A stretch of DNA of 64,000 nt from Phyllobates terribilis. Its lineage: Eukaryota. The stretch spans positions 58,280,001 through 58,344,000 of the forward strand of contig NW_027362762.1 of NCBI RefSeq assembly GCF_046119375.1, written 5' to 3'. Within the stretch, counting starts at the first letter, position 1. Each line of letters starts with the position of its first letter. Of the stretch, positions 15,101 to 25,376 are shown one piece after another. The translations under genes and the position numbers were made by a program. The notes beneath the pieces were generated by a model. It was given only the letters and a program-made list of their open reading frames with translations, was not told the DNA's origin and did no database searches.

Positions 15101-15494
15101 GATACAAGAATTAGACTGAACTGGAAAGATTGCAGCCCGAGTCTACTGTTAAAGTTCAAAGTGTCATTCCCATATTCAGCAGGTCTTGATATCAAACACT
15201 CATTTACAGCTTTTTGCCTAGGAGACAGACCACCGATGCTGAGCGACAACAGGAGGTAACAGCTTCAATAGAAAGGAGCTTGTTCTGTTGTCTAGCGGTG
15301 GTGGTCGGTCTCCAAGGCAACAAGCTGTAAACAAAAAGTTAATATGCCAAGAATGGCTGAAAATATATTGTATTTACACTACGAAAACAGGAATAACCCT
15401 TTACACTGACTTTAATCTTCCCAGCTGAGGGCAGAACAGTAAGGTATGCACCTAGCACTTGGTGTCAGCAGTAGTTAGTGACTTGGATCCTTAC

Positions 15495-15572
15495 CAGGTT
15501 GCGAGACGTATAGGTCTTGCTCTTTAAACACTCCTGCAATGGAGCAAGCCGACAGTTCACCTAAAAGAGAAA
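15495..15572 (-). CDS. CREBZF: Predicted CREBZF alternative exon; first 16 nt are coding (completing I, then FSFR*)
   Basis: Acceptor CCTCTCTTTGACAG|TTTCTCTTTTAGGTGA. In frame with donor AAAAT|GTAGGG at 15948/15947. Downstream donor CTG|GTAAGG at 15495/15494. Confidence 0.6.
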
Positions 15573-15943
15573 CTGTCAAAGAGAGGTTTACTAGTATTAC
15601 ATAGTGACAGCAGAGTCAGATACATGCACGCCCCCCCCCGTCAGTCCAACTCAACCCAGTACAACAGAAAATAAGAGCATTATGCCCGACTCGAGATAAA
15701 CTTTGGCTGTGCAGTTACACAAATAAGTCATAGAGGGGCGCTCCAGCACTGCTTAAAGTTAGGACGCAATACTGATCGCCCAGGCAGCACATTATATACA
15801 TAGCTCTCTGCATGCAGCCTAATTCCTGGAGACGCCCCGCCACCCCCTCTATTAAGGGCGCCTCAGTCCACAGCAGCGCTGCTTCTCCCCCCATATTATC
15901 TGTCCTCAGGATCCATCCAGTACATAAAGTTTGTTACTTGACC

Positions 15944-16699
15944 CTACATTTTGGCTGAAGCGGCCGCGCTCCTGGCACAGGCCGGGCAGAACTCCACTGA
16001 CACCTTCTCCTTGTCCACATGCAGGCAAACTCCAGCAGAGGGTGCCTCTTCTTCCTCCTTTTCCTGGTGCACAGTACTGGCAAGTCCTGGCAGCGCGTAG
16101 TCGTGGTCATCAGGCTTCACAGAAGGGTCGCGGAATAGTGACGTAGACAGCTTGACTCCGCCCAGTCCGGTCAAGCGGCTGAGTAGCTGGGACAGGGCGC
16201 TGTCATTAGCCAGCACGGCACGCAGGTAGCGCGCCTCGGACTCCAGCTCCAGGACGCGCACTCCCAGGGCCCTCCGCTCCTGCTCCAGCCGGACGTTCTC
16301 CTCGGAGAGCCGGGTCACCGTGCGCTCCAGGCCGCTGACGTACTCCTTCTTGCGCAGGCGGTTCAGGCGAGCGGCCACTGCGTTCTTATTGCCGGCGCCG
16401 CGCCCCCTAGTGGCCATTGGCTGCGGTGCGTCACACGCCTCGGGGCTTGTAGCGGTGGACGCGGCCTCCTCCGGGATGTGCGGAGAGTCGTCAGCCCCGA
16501 CTAGCTGCTCCAGCAGCTCAGTGAAGGAAGGGTCTTCCTCCTTCCACCATGGCGCGGCCTCCTCCACGGAGAACAGCTCCGACAACACAGCGCCGTCACA
16601 CTCTCCGCTAGTCTCCACAACACGACTCCGGCACACTCTCCTCCGGCTACGAGCAGTGGCGGCCGCGGCCTTAGGACGCTCCCTCAGCCGGTGCCTCAT
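15944..16699 (-). CDS. CREBZF: CREB/ATF bZIP transcription factor (Zhangfei), 251 aa, unspliced form
   Basis: Starts MRHRL (human starts MRHSL) in an AGCATG context. b[20 protein letters not shown]...[13 protein letters not shown]-1-binding motif DHDY, and conserved tail [20 protein letters not shown]...KM*. Syntenic position fits. Confidence 0.95.
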   Translation of the reverse strand: MRHRLRERPKAAAATARSRRRVCRSRVVETSGECDGAVLSELFSVEEAAPWWKEEDPSFTELLEQLVGADDSPHIPEEAASTATSPEACDAPQPMATRGRGAGNKNAVAARLNRLRKKEYVSGLERTVTRLSEENVRLEQERRALGVRVLELESEARYLRAVLANDSALSQLLSRLTGLGGVKLSTSLFRDPSVKPDDHDYALPGLASTVHQEKEEEEAPSAGVCLHVDKEKVSVEFCPACARSAAASAKM

Positions 16700-16744
16700 G
16701 CTGACCGACTCCCTCTCTGCGAACGTCGTAATGGCGTCTGTGTG

Positions 16745-16850
16745 AGACGGAAGTAGGAAGAGATGTGCCACGTGACCCCTTACGTCACGGAGCACGCCTT
16801 ATATAGCGCGATAGGCTAGGCCACGCTCTTTATTTTTCTGGCGGGAAACA
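16745..16850. promoter_or_regulatory. CREBZF proximal promoter motif cluster
   Basis: ETS CGGAAGT (about 16748), G/E-box TGCCACGTGACC (about 16765-16776), CRE-like TTACGTCA (16780-16787), TATATA (16800-16805), E2F-like TGGCGGGAAA (about 16837-16846). CpG-rich context. Motif matches only. Confidence 0.6.
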
Positions 16851-17419
16851 GTCATGTGGCCGGAGGCAGCGAATCACGAACTGCCGTTGTGTGAGGTAAA
16901 GGACAACACGTATAAGAAACCTGCTGGAGGTCAACGATTACAATTTCTGAGCAGTGACAAGATGAAGGCCGAATGGTTTCCTCATGGTCACACAGCATAT
17001 TATATAGATCGATTTGCTTTCATACAGTATAATGGCCCCCCACAGCCCTCAAAATATTATAATGGCCCCACATAGCCTTCCATATAGTATAATGCGCCCC
17101 CCATAATCCTCCATATAGTATAATGAACTTCCCATGTTCCTCCATAGAATAAAATGCACTCCCCATAGTCCTACATGAAGTATATTACACACCCCATAGG
17201 GTAAAATGCAGCCCCCATAGAGTATAATGCACCCCACAGTCCTGCAGTATTATGGACACCACAAACTCGCTGATTTTAAAATACTGTACATTTTAAATAT
17301 CCAACCCGAGTATAGGCCGAGGTACCTAATTTTACCACAAAAAATTGGTAAAACGTATTGACTTGAGTATAAGCCTAGGGTGGGAAATGCAGCAGCTAAT
17401 AGTAAATTTCCCCATCATG

Positions 17420-18515
17420 ATATTTGTGGCGCCCCTCAATCCCACAATCCTGGTATGCATCGCCTCCTCATCCCCCAATCCTGGTACTTATGGCACCCCT
17501 TATCTCCCAATCCTGGTGTGCATGGTCTCCTTGTCCCCCAATCCTGGTATGTATGGCACCCCTCATCCCCCAATCCTGGTATGCATGGCCTTCTCATCCC
17601 CCAATCCTGGTATGCTTGGCCCCCCTCGTCCCTCAATCATGGTTTGTGTGGCCTCCTCATCCCCCAATCCTGGTATGTGTGGCCCCCTCATCCCCAAGAC
17701 TGGTATGCATGGCCTCCTCATCCCCCTATCCTGGTGTGTATGGCCTCATCATCTCCCAATTCTGGTATGTATGGCCTCCTCATCCCCTTATCCTGGTATG
17801 CATGGCCCCCCTCATTCCCCAATCCTGCTATGTGTGGCCTCCTCATCACCAAATCCTGTTATGCGTGGCACTCCTCATCCCCCAATCCTGTTAGGTGTGG
17901 CTCCCTCATCCCCCAATCCTGTTATGCATGGCTCCCCTCATCCCCAATCCTGTTATGCATGGCCTACTCATCCCCCATTCCTGGTATGTATGGCTTTTTC
18001 ATCCCCCAATCCTGGTATGCATGGCCCCCCTCATCCTGGTATGCATGACCTCCTCATCCCCCAATCCTGGTATGCAAGGCCTCCTCATCCCCCAATCCTG
18101 GTATGCAAGGCCTCCTCATCCCCCAATCCTGGTATGCAAGGCCTCCTCATCCCCCAATTCTGGTATGCATGGCCCCCCTCATCCCCCAATCCTAGTATGT
18201 ATGGCCTCTTCTCCCCCCAATCCTGGTATGTGTGGCCCCCTCATCAAGCAATCCTGGTATGTGTGGCCCCATCACTGCACACAAAAAAAAACACTTATAC
18301 TCACCTTCCTTCCTCACCTCTGCTCCAGCGCTGCTGTGTTCTGTCTGACATCAGCTCATGTCGGCATCTGAACAGCACACGCTCTCAGATATCAAGGTGA
18401 GCTGCTGCTGATGGCATATTCACTCCCCTCCACTTCCCGCGCTTCTTCGGGGCCATCCCGGCTCCCGGGCCCCATAGCAGTGGCGTGGCCTGCCGCCATT
18501 GGCGGTACGCCACTG
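17420..18515. mobile_element. Non-autonomous DNA-element remnant (hAT-like end TACGCCACTG) with a degenerate ~30-bp tandem array (CTCATCCCCCAATCCTGGTATGCATGGCC)
   Basis: Array visible at 17420-18260. Right end GGCGGTACGCCACTG at about 18515. Left TIR not found. Confidence 0.55.
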
Positions 18516-18812
18516 TTATGAGTGTAAATGGGTCTTATATGGCACCACCTGGTGTTTAGAGTCTATAGTGATGCACACGACCATCTACTGAGCCGAACCC
18601 TCACCGAAAAACACCTGAAAATGAACATTGGTTTCTGACCGCCTAAAAAAAAACACAAAAAAATCTGTGCACATAGCTATATCCAGATGGCATCCGCCTC
18701 TGCCAGAATTCAAGAGATGACAGCTGATGTCCTGTTCGGGTCTATTTGACCCGCAAAAAGTTTGTGAAGCTGCAGATTATTTATTAATAATATAATAATT
18801 GTTACATATGTA

Positions 18813-19652
18813 CCGTATTTTTCCGACTATAAGACGCACCGGACCATAAGACGCACCCCAAATTTTGGGGTGGAAAATAGGAAAGAAAATTTTTATAAGA
18901 CGGGGGTCCGTCTTATAGTCTGAATAGGTATCTTACCTGGGGGGGCGGTGGAGCTGGGGTCACAGGAGGCTGAGTCCTTCAGGAAGCCGGCGGAAGTGGG
19001 TCAATGCTGCGGACCCTGGATGCGAGAAGCCGGTGCTCCAGCAGCAGGGAGTTGTGGTGGAGGTGGAGCAGGAACCTGGCAGCTGCAGCAGACGAGGAGA
19101 GATGCTGCGCGGCCTGTGGTGGGGCCTGGGCCTGTGTTGGGGCCTGAGCCTGTGGTCTGGCTGGGGCCTGTGGTCTGGCTGGGGCCTGTAGTGGGGCTGG
19201 AGCCTGTGGTCTAGATGGGGCCTGGGCCTGTGGTCTGACTGGGGCCCGGGCCTGTGAGCGGTGTGCTTTGCTGTCCAGTGGCCGCGGCTGTGTAGCGGTG
19301 CAGCAGAGCGGTGGTGGGTGCAGCGGTGCGGCTTTCCGGTGGCCGCGTCCATCTTCATGAAGCTGTGATCCACAGAAAAATGGCCGCCTGAGCTCCCAGA
19401 CAGCGCATGCGCTGGCTTGGGCGGCCATTTTCCTGTGTTTCCACTGCCTCGCCGCCAGAACGCTGCACAGCCGCTCTGCCTCGCCACCGCCGCTCTGCCT
19501 CATAGCTGCACCGCCGCTCTGCTGCATCGGCCCTGCGATCCCGCTACACGACCACCGCAAGTATCCGGTAAGGTTCGGACCATAAGACGCACCCCCCATT
19601 TTTCTCCCAAATTTGGGGGGGGGGAGGGGGTCTTATGGTCCAAAAAATACGG
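18813..19652. mobile_element. Tc1/mariner-superfamily (Tc2/pogo-like) MITE
   Basis: TA flanks. TIR CCGTATTTTT..GAC[T/C]ATAAGAC at both ends. Internal GC-rich GGGCCTGTGGT repeats. Confidence 0.75.
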
Positions 19653-19962
19653 TACTTTTCTGGTCGACCCGATAGTGTTTTATGTAGATCTCCTGACATA
19701 TTTCCAGTCACATAAACAATTTATAGTATCATTGTAGATTATTTATGACATAAACAATAGTATATCAATTTTTCCAGGTCCTTGCGCTGGATATATTTGC
19801 AAGTTACTGCAGATGGATGGGCTTTGAGTACAGGTCTGTTTTGCTCTAGTATATAAGCTCTTATTGTTGATACACTGGTTAGTGTTTGCTGCGATTTTAT
19901 TATTATTATTATTGTTGTTGTTTATTTATATAGTGCTATTTTATTCCACAATGCTGATTTAA

Positions 19963-22360
19963 CCCTGTGTGGGTATGTGCACACGATGCAGACATGCTCA
20001 GGATTTTTTCCTGAGCATTTCTGCATCTCCCTGGCAGGAAAAAACGCATACGGATTGTACATGCAGTTTACTGCCAGGGACATGCGGAAATGAAGCGGTC
20101 TTCACTTTCATTTCCGCATGCGGGTTGACAAGCGCTTTCCAAGCGATTTTAGCATCACTTGGAAAGTGCTTGTCAACTTCACACTATATAAATCCATGCA
20201 GCCGGCATGGATTTATATAGTGTGTGAATGTCAAAAAATAAAAAATAAATATATACTTTACCCTCTGATGGCATTCGGTGTCCTGCTTCGCTCGGTACCG
20301 GCTACCGGCAGTGAAGACTGAAGGACCTGCCGACGTCAGCGTCACGTGACCCGTCACATGACTCTGACGTCAGCGAAGGTCCTTCTTCATTCAACCGCGA
20401 AGTGCCGGGAACCAAGCAGGAGCGCTGAGCGGGCCGTCAGAAGGTGAGTATATATATATTTTTTATTTTATTCTTTTTTTTTTAATGGTACCTGGGTCTG
20501 GATGAGAGTCCTCTCATCCACACCCGGGTACCATCCGCACATTAGACCGCATGGAATGCACATCAACATATACAGTGATGCGGATTCCATGCGGTCTAAT
20601 GCAAGTCAATGGCGCCAAAAAAGCAGCGTTTCCGCAAAATTAATTGACATGCTGCGGATTTTTGAGCGCAGCGTTTACGCTGCGGAAAAATCTGCAGCAT
20701 CGGCACAGCACATGCGGATTTCAATTGGGGAACATTTCTGCCCTTCTACCATGCGTTTTTCATGCGTTTCCGCTGCGTTTACGCAACTGAAAAAACGCAG
20801 CGGAAACGCATTAAAAACACATCGTGTGAACTCAGCCTGAAAGTCATGAGTGTCCATTATTTGGATGGTTGGATAAAAATGTGGCGATGATGTCCTTTGA
20901 GTGAAGTTGAATTGTAAAAGCTTGCCAACACCTCAGATTCTGAAGAAGATATCCAACTGGAGAAAGTGTCCAAAGATGAGGACCACATAAGTGGCGGGTA
21001 AGTGATTACAAAAATTCTGAATCTGAAGTTGAATCTGATGAGACACTTGCAGCCTTCTTCCCAGCCAGGAAAATTGTCCTCTGCTAACATCAGATAATTC
21101 TCTAATAACTAGACGCTATTAGAGAAGTTTGGGATAAATGGATAGCGATTCTTCCAAAATTATACAATACTGGTGAAAATGTCACTGGATGAACAACTTC
21201 TGGCATTCCGAGGTAGGAGCCCGTTTAAACCATATATACCGAGTAAGCCAGCAAAGTATGGCATCAAGATATGGACACTGTGACAGCAGAAATTCATACG
21301 CTCTAAACGATTGGATATATACAGGAAAAAAGCCTGGAGAAAAACCTGAAAAGAATCAGAGTGTGTGGGTCGTTTCAGATTTGACGTATGGATTAAGAGG
21401 ACAAATTGTGACAACTTTTAACATTGCACCAACTGGGGCAGCTGTTGCTAAAACAAAAACTTACCATGGTGGGCGCTGTAAGAAATAGCAAGCCTGAGCT
21501 ACCATAAGGTATCCTTGGTAACAGATGCTCATAGTTCAACGTTTTACTTTACTGGAGATATGACTGTGGTTTCTTAAATTCCCAAACAAAAACGTACAGG
21601 TCATTCTGATTAGCACGATGCACCATGACAATGCAGTAAGTAGACAAAATGACAAAAAGACTCAGATGATATTAGATTATAATTCCACCAAAGGGGCAGT
21701 TGATACACTGGATCAACTATTAGTTACGTACACAAGCAGACGCAAAACCCTTCTGGATATATCTGCCTACAATGCATTTGTTTTATAGCTTGAAATAAAC
21801 CAGATCAGAACACCAATAAACTGCATAAACAAAGACTCTTTCTGGCAGAATTAGGGAAATCACTGGTTATGCCATCGATTTTAAGAAGAGTAAAACCCCG
21901 AAGTGAAGCATCAGCAGCCATAGTAGACCGTATCCAGCAGCATGCTCAACAATGCAAACCCACAGCCTCCAGCAGCTCTAGAAAAAGCCTAAAAAGGAAA
22001 AAATGCAGCATTTGTCCATCTTCATGTGATAAAACAAATAGTACAAGTTCTAGTTGTAGTAAATATTTATGTAATGCACATGAGTTATTTCTGTGCAGAA
22101 TGCAAGAATGCCTGAATATAGAAATAAGTGAACCTGTACAACCCTTTGCTTTATTTTCTTTAGAAAACTGAAGGTTTGATTTTTATTTTTCATTTGTTTT
22201 TGACCAACCATGTTCACATATAGTTAAATAATGCAACTGGTATTCAGATATTCAAATAATACAATTTGAGTAACTAAATGTCAAAATGAACAGACTTTAG
22301 GTCGGGTCATATTGACCCAAATGGTACAAGTGTATAGTCAATACAAACAGAACAGCAGGG
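19963..22360 (+). mobile_element. Decayed piggyBac (PGBD4-like transposase remnant about 21050-22100)
   Basis: TTAA|CCCTG left end and CAGGG|TTAA right end. Fragments DEQLLAFRGRSPFKPYIPSKPAKYGIKIW and NSYALNDWIYTGK, plus a Cys-rich tail KCSICPSSCDK...CSKYLC. Many frameshifts. Left boundary is less certain. Confidence 0.8.
19971..20837. mobile_element. Harbinger-type MITE inserted just inside the piggyBac left end
   Basis: TIR core CACACGATG at both ends. Flanks TGT and TGA. Same family as 23015-25160. Confidence 0.65.
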
Positions 22361-22432
22361 TTAAATGGTGCAATTGGATCTGGTTTCTATCATTCCCACT
22401 GCTCCCTCTCGCAGCAAAATGATCGGGAGGTG

Positions 22433-22625
22433 CTGAGGGGTTGACGTGTCAGCCTGGAGCGTGCTGAAGGGTTGACATGGCAGCCTGGAGCGTGCTGAAG
22501 GGTTGACATGGCAGTCTGGAGCGTGCTGAAGGGTTGACATGGCAGCCTGGAGCAGGCTGAAGGGTTGACATGGCAGTCTGGAGCGTGCTGAAGGGTTTTC
22601 AAAGCAGCCTGGAACATGCTGAAGG
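22433..22625. repeat. 31-bp minisatellite, about 6 copies (GCAGCCTGGAGCGTGCTGAAGGGTTGACATG)
   Basis: Directly visible tandem units. Confidence 0.85.
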
Positions 22626-23014
22626 ACATCGTTGTAGCCATCTTGGTGCTCCTTATGAAGTGGAGGCGTTTTACTATATACTGTAACATCATAATCTCCT
22701 ATGAGGACTAGAAAATAAAAATGATAAAAAAATGTTTTAAAAGTTTCCATTACCCCCATGTTTCCCAATTTAGAATATTAAAAATCAATACTCCAAAGCT
22801 GGCGTTTTCCAGTCACCGTACCTTACTCCCCCGTTTTCCACCCCCCAAAACAAAATGCAATAAAAAGGGGAAAAAAAGTCATGTGCCCCCAAATAGTATA
22901 AAACAAACTGCAGCTTAGCACGCTGACAAAAGATCCTTTGAACAGCTCCATCAACATTGAAAAAAACCCATTATGGATCGCAGAAAATGGTGTCACCAAT
23001 TTTATTTAGTTTTA

Positions 23015-23576
23015 GGCTATGTGCCCACGATGCGGAAATGCTCCGGATTTTTTTTCCTGAGCGTTTCTGCATCTGCCAGAAAAAACGCAGGCGGATTGTA
23101 CATGCGGATTGTACATGCGTTTTTCCTGCCAGGGACATGAGGATGTGAAGCGCTCTTCACATGCATTTCCGCATGCGGGTTGTCAAGCGCTTTCCAAGCA
23201 ATTTTAGCATCACTTGGAAAGTGCTTGACAACTTGGTCACACTATATAAAATCCATGCAAATGGTATGGATTTATATAGTGTGACCGAAAGAATGGTAAA
23301 AAATAAATATATACTTACCTTCTGATGGCCCCCGCTGTCCTTGTCTTGGCTTGCCGGCAGCTCGCGGTACACTGAAGGACCTGCCGACGTCAGCGGTTGC
23401 GTGACCCTTCACATGACTAAATGACGTCACCACAGGTCCAAGACAAGCACACCGGGGGCCATCAGAAGGTAAGTATAATCAGGGCCGGCTCCAGGTTTTT
23501 CCTGGCCCCGGGCGAAAGAGTCTCAGTGGGCCCCTTTAACACATACCACGATTCATGATGCAGAGATACGGCGGAG

Positions 23577-23627
<51 letters not shown>

Positions 23628-25160
23628 AATGCAAAGATTTCACTTCTTACATTACATGAGTGATATCTATTGTAAATTCCACAATAGCTCAGAAACCGGT
23701 GAATCGCTCCACACAGAATACTGGCCCCCATATAAGGTTCCATACGGAATACTGGCCCCCATATAACGCTTCATACGGAATACTGGCCCCCATATAAGGC
23801 CCCATAAGGAATACTGGCCCCCATATAAGGCCCCATCCGGAATACTGGCCCCCATATAAGGCTCCATACGGAATACTGGCCTCCATATAAGGCTCCATAT
23901 GGAATACTGGCCCCCATATAAGGCTCCATACAGAATACTGGCCCCCATATAAGGCTCCATACAGGATACTAGTCCCCTTATAAAGCTCCATACAGGATAC
24001 TGGCCCCCATATAACGCTCCATACAGGATACTGGTCCCCTTATAAAACTCCATTCAGGATACTGGCCCCCATATAACGCTCCATACAGGATACTGGTCCC
24101 CTTATAACGCTCCATACAGGATACTGGCCCCCATATAATGCTGCATGCAGGCTGTTACCCCCCACATAATGCCCCATACAGGCTGTCCCCCCCCCCCTTA
24201 TAATGATCCATGCAGGCTGTTACCCCCCACATAATGCCCCATACAGGCCCCCCCCTTTTAATTCTCCATGCAGGCTGTTACTCCCCACATAATGCCCCAT
24301 ACAGGCTGCCCCCCCCCTTATAATGCTCCATGCAGGCTGTCCCCCCCACATAATGCACTATGCAGGCTGCCCCCCCCTTTATAATGCCCCATGCAGGCTG
24401 TTCCCCACCTTATAATGCCCCATGCAGGATGTCACCCCCCCTCTTTATAATGCCCCATGCAGGATGTCCCCCCCTCTCTTTATAATGCCCCATGCAGGAT
24501 GCCCCCCGCCTCCCCCCCTCTCTTTATACTGCCCCATGCCTCCATACATTAAAAAAAAAAAATCAAATACTCACCTCCCTTCTCCTCACCTGCTGCCCGC
24601 TGCTCGGGTCCGAACTCCAGCGTTGTCGGCGTCTTCCCGCTCAGCGCTCCCTGTGACGGCTCAGGGGAGGGCGCGGTGTAAAGACGTCACCGCGCCCTCT
24701 GACCTGAGACGTCACAGGGAGCGCAGAGCAGGAAGACAGCTGATCTGCGGAGGCACGGGGAGAGGTAAGTATCCAGCTGCCGGGGCTGACACCTGCTCAG
24801 TGCCCCGGCATTTGCCCGGGTGCTGACTCCGGCCCTGAGTATAATATTTATTTTTTATTCTTTTTTTTACAGGTACTATGGCACCCGGGTCTGGAGGAGA
24901 GTCTCCTCTTCTCCAGATCCGGGTACCATCCGCACATTGAAACGCATGGAATCCGCATGTACACATCCAGTGATGTGTAATCCATGTGTTCCAATGCAAG
25001 TCAATGGCGGTGAAAACGCTGCGCTTCCGCAAAATAATTGCACAGCACATGCGGATTATCATTGGGGAACATGGCAGACCTTCTACCAAGTGTTTAAGCG
25101 TTTCTGCAGCGGAATTGCCACTGCGGAAACGCTTAAAAAACGCATCGTGGGCACACAGCC
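23015..25160. mobile_element. Harbinger-type MITE split by a nested hAT element
   Basis: TTA TSD at 23012-23014 and 25161-25163. TIR GGCT[A/G]TGTGCCCACGATGCG. Confidence 0.85.
23480..24837. mobile_element. hAT-type non-autonomous element with a (TA)n run and 31-bp tandem arrays
   Basis: Perfect 8-bp TSD AGTATAAT (23472-23479 and 24838-24845). TIR CAGGGCCGG. Unit ATACTGGCCCCCATATAAGGCTCCATACGGA at about 23715-24130. Confidence 0.9.
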
Positions 25161-25376
25161 TTAGGATAAAAAAATGTGGAAAATCCACGCTTCTGGTGAT
25201 GTCTACACGTTTCAAAGTACCATACTTGTTCAGGACAACAATCATCAGATTCACACAAAAAGATTCTGCGGGTTTGGTAGTGTAGTATGGTACTGCAAAA
25301 CACGTACACAAAATAAAAACCACAGAATCTTTTAGTGTGAACCTGAATTGCCTTCATTCACCAGCAGCACAGATTT

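Noticed and set aside
16700-16795. 32-aa N-terminal extension of CREBZF in the ORF track
   Set aside because: It starts at GTG inside the promoter motif cluster. Homology to human CREBZF begins at MRH (16699).
17345-18400. 351-aa Pro-rich ORF and overlapping ORFs
   Set aside because: Translations of a ~30-bp tandem array inside a non-autonomous element.
18948-19737. GC-rich ORFs with PQA/PRP repeats
   Set aside because: They lie entirely within a TA-flanked MITE with internal short repeats.
23667-24053. Tyr/Gly-rich repetitive ORFs
   Set aside because: Products of the 31-bp array inside the hAT element.
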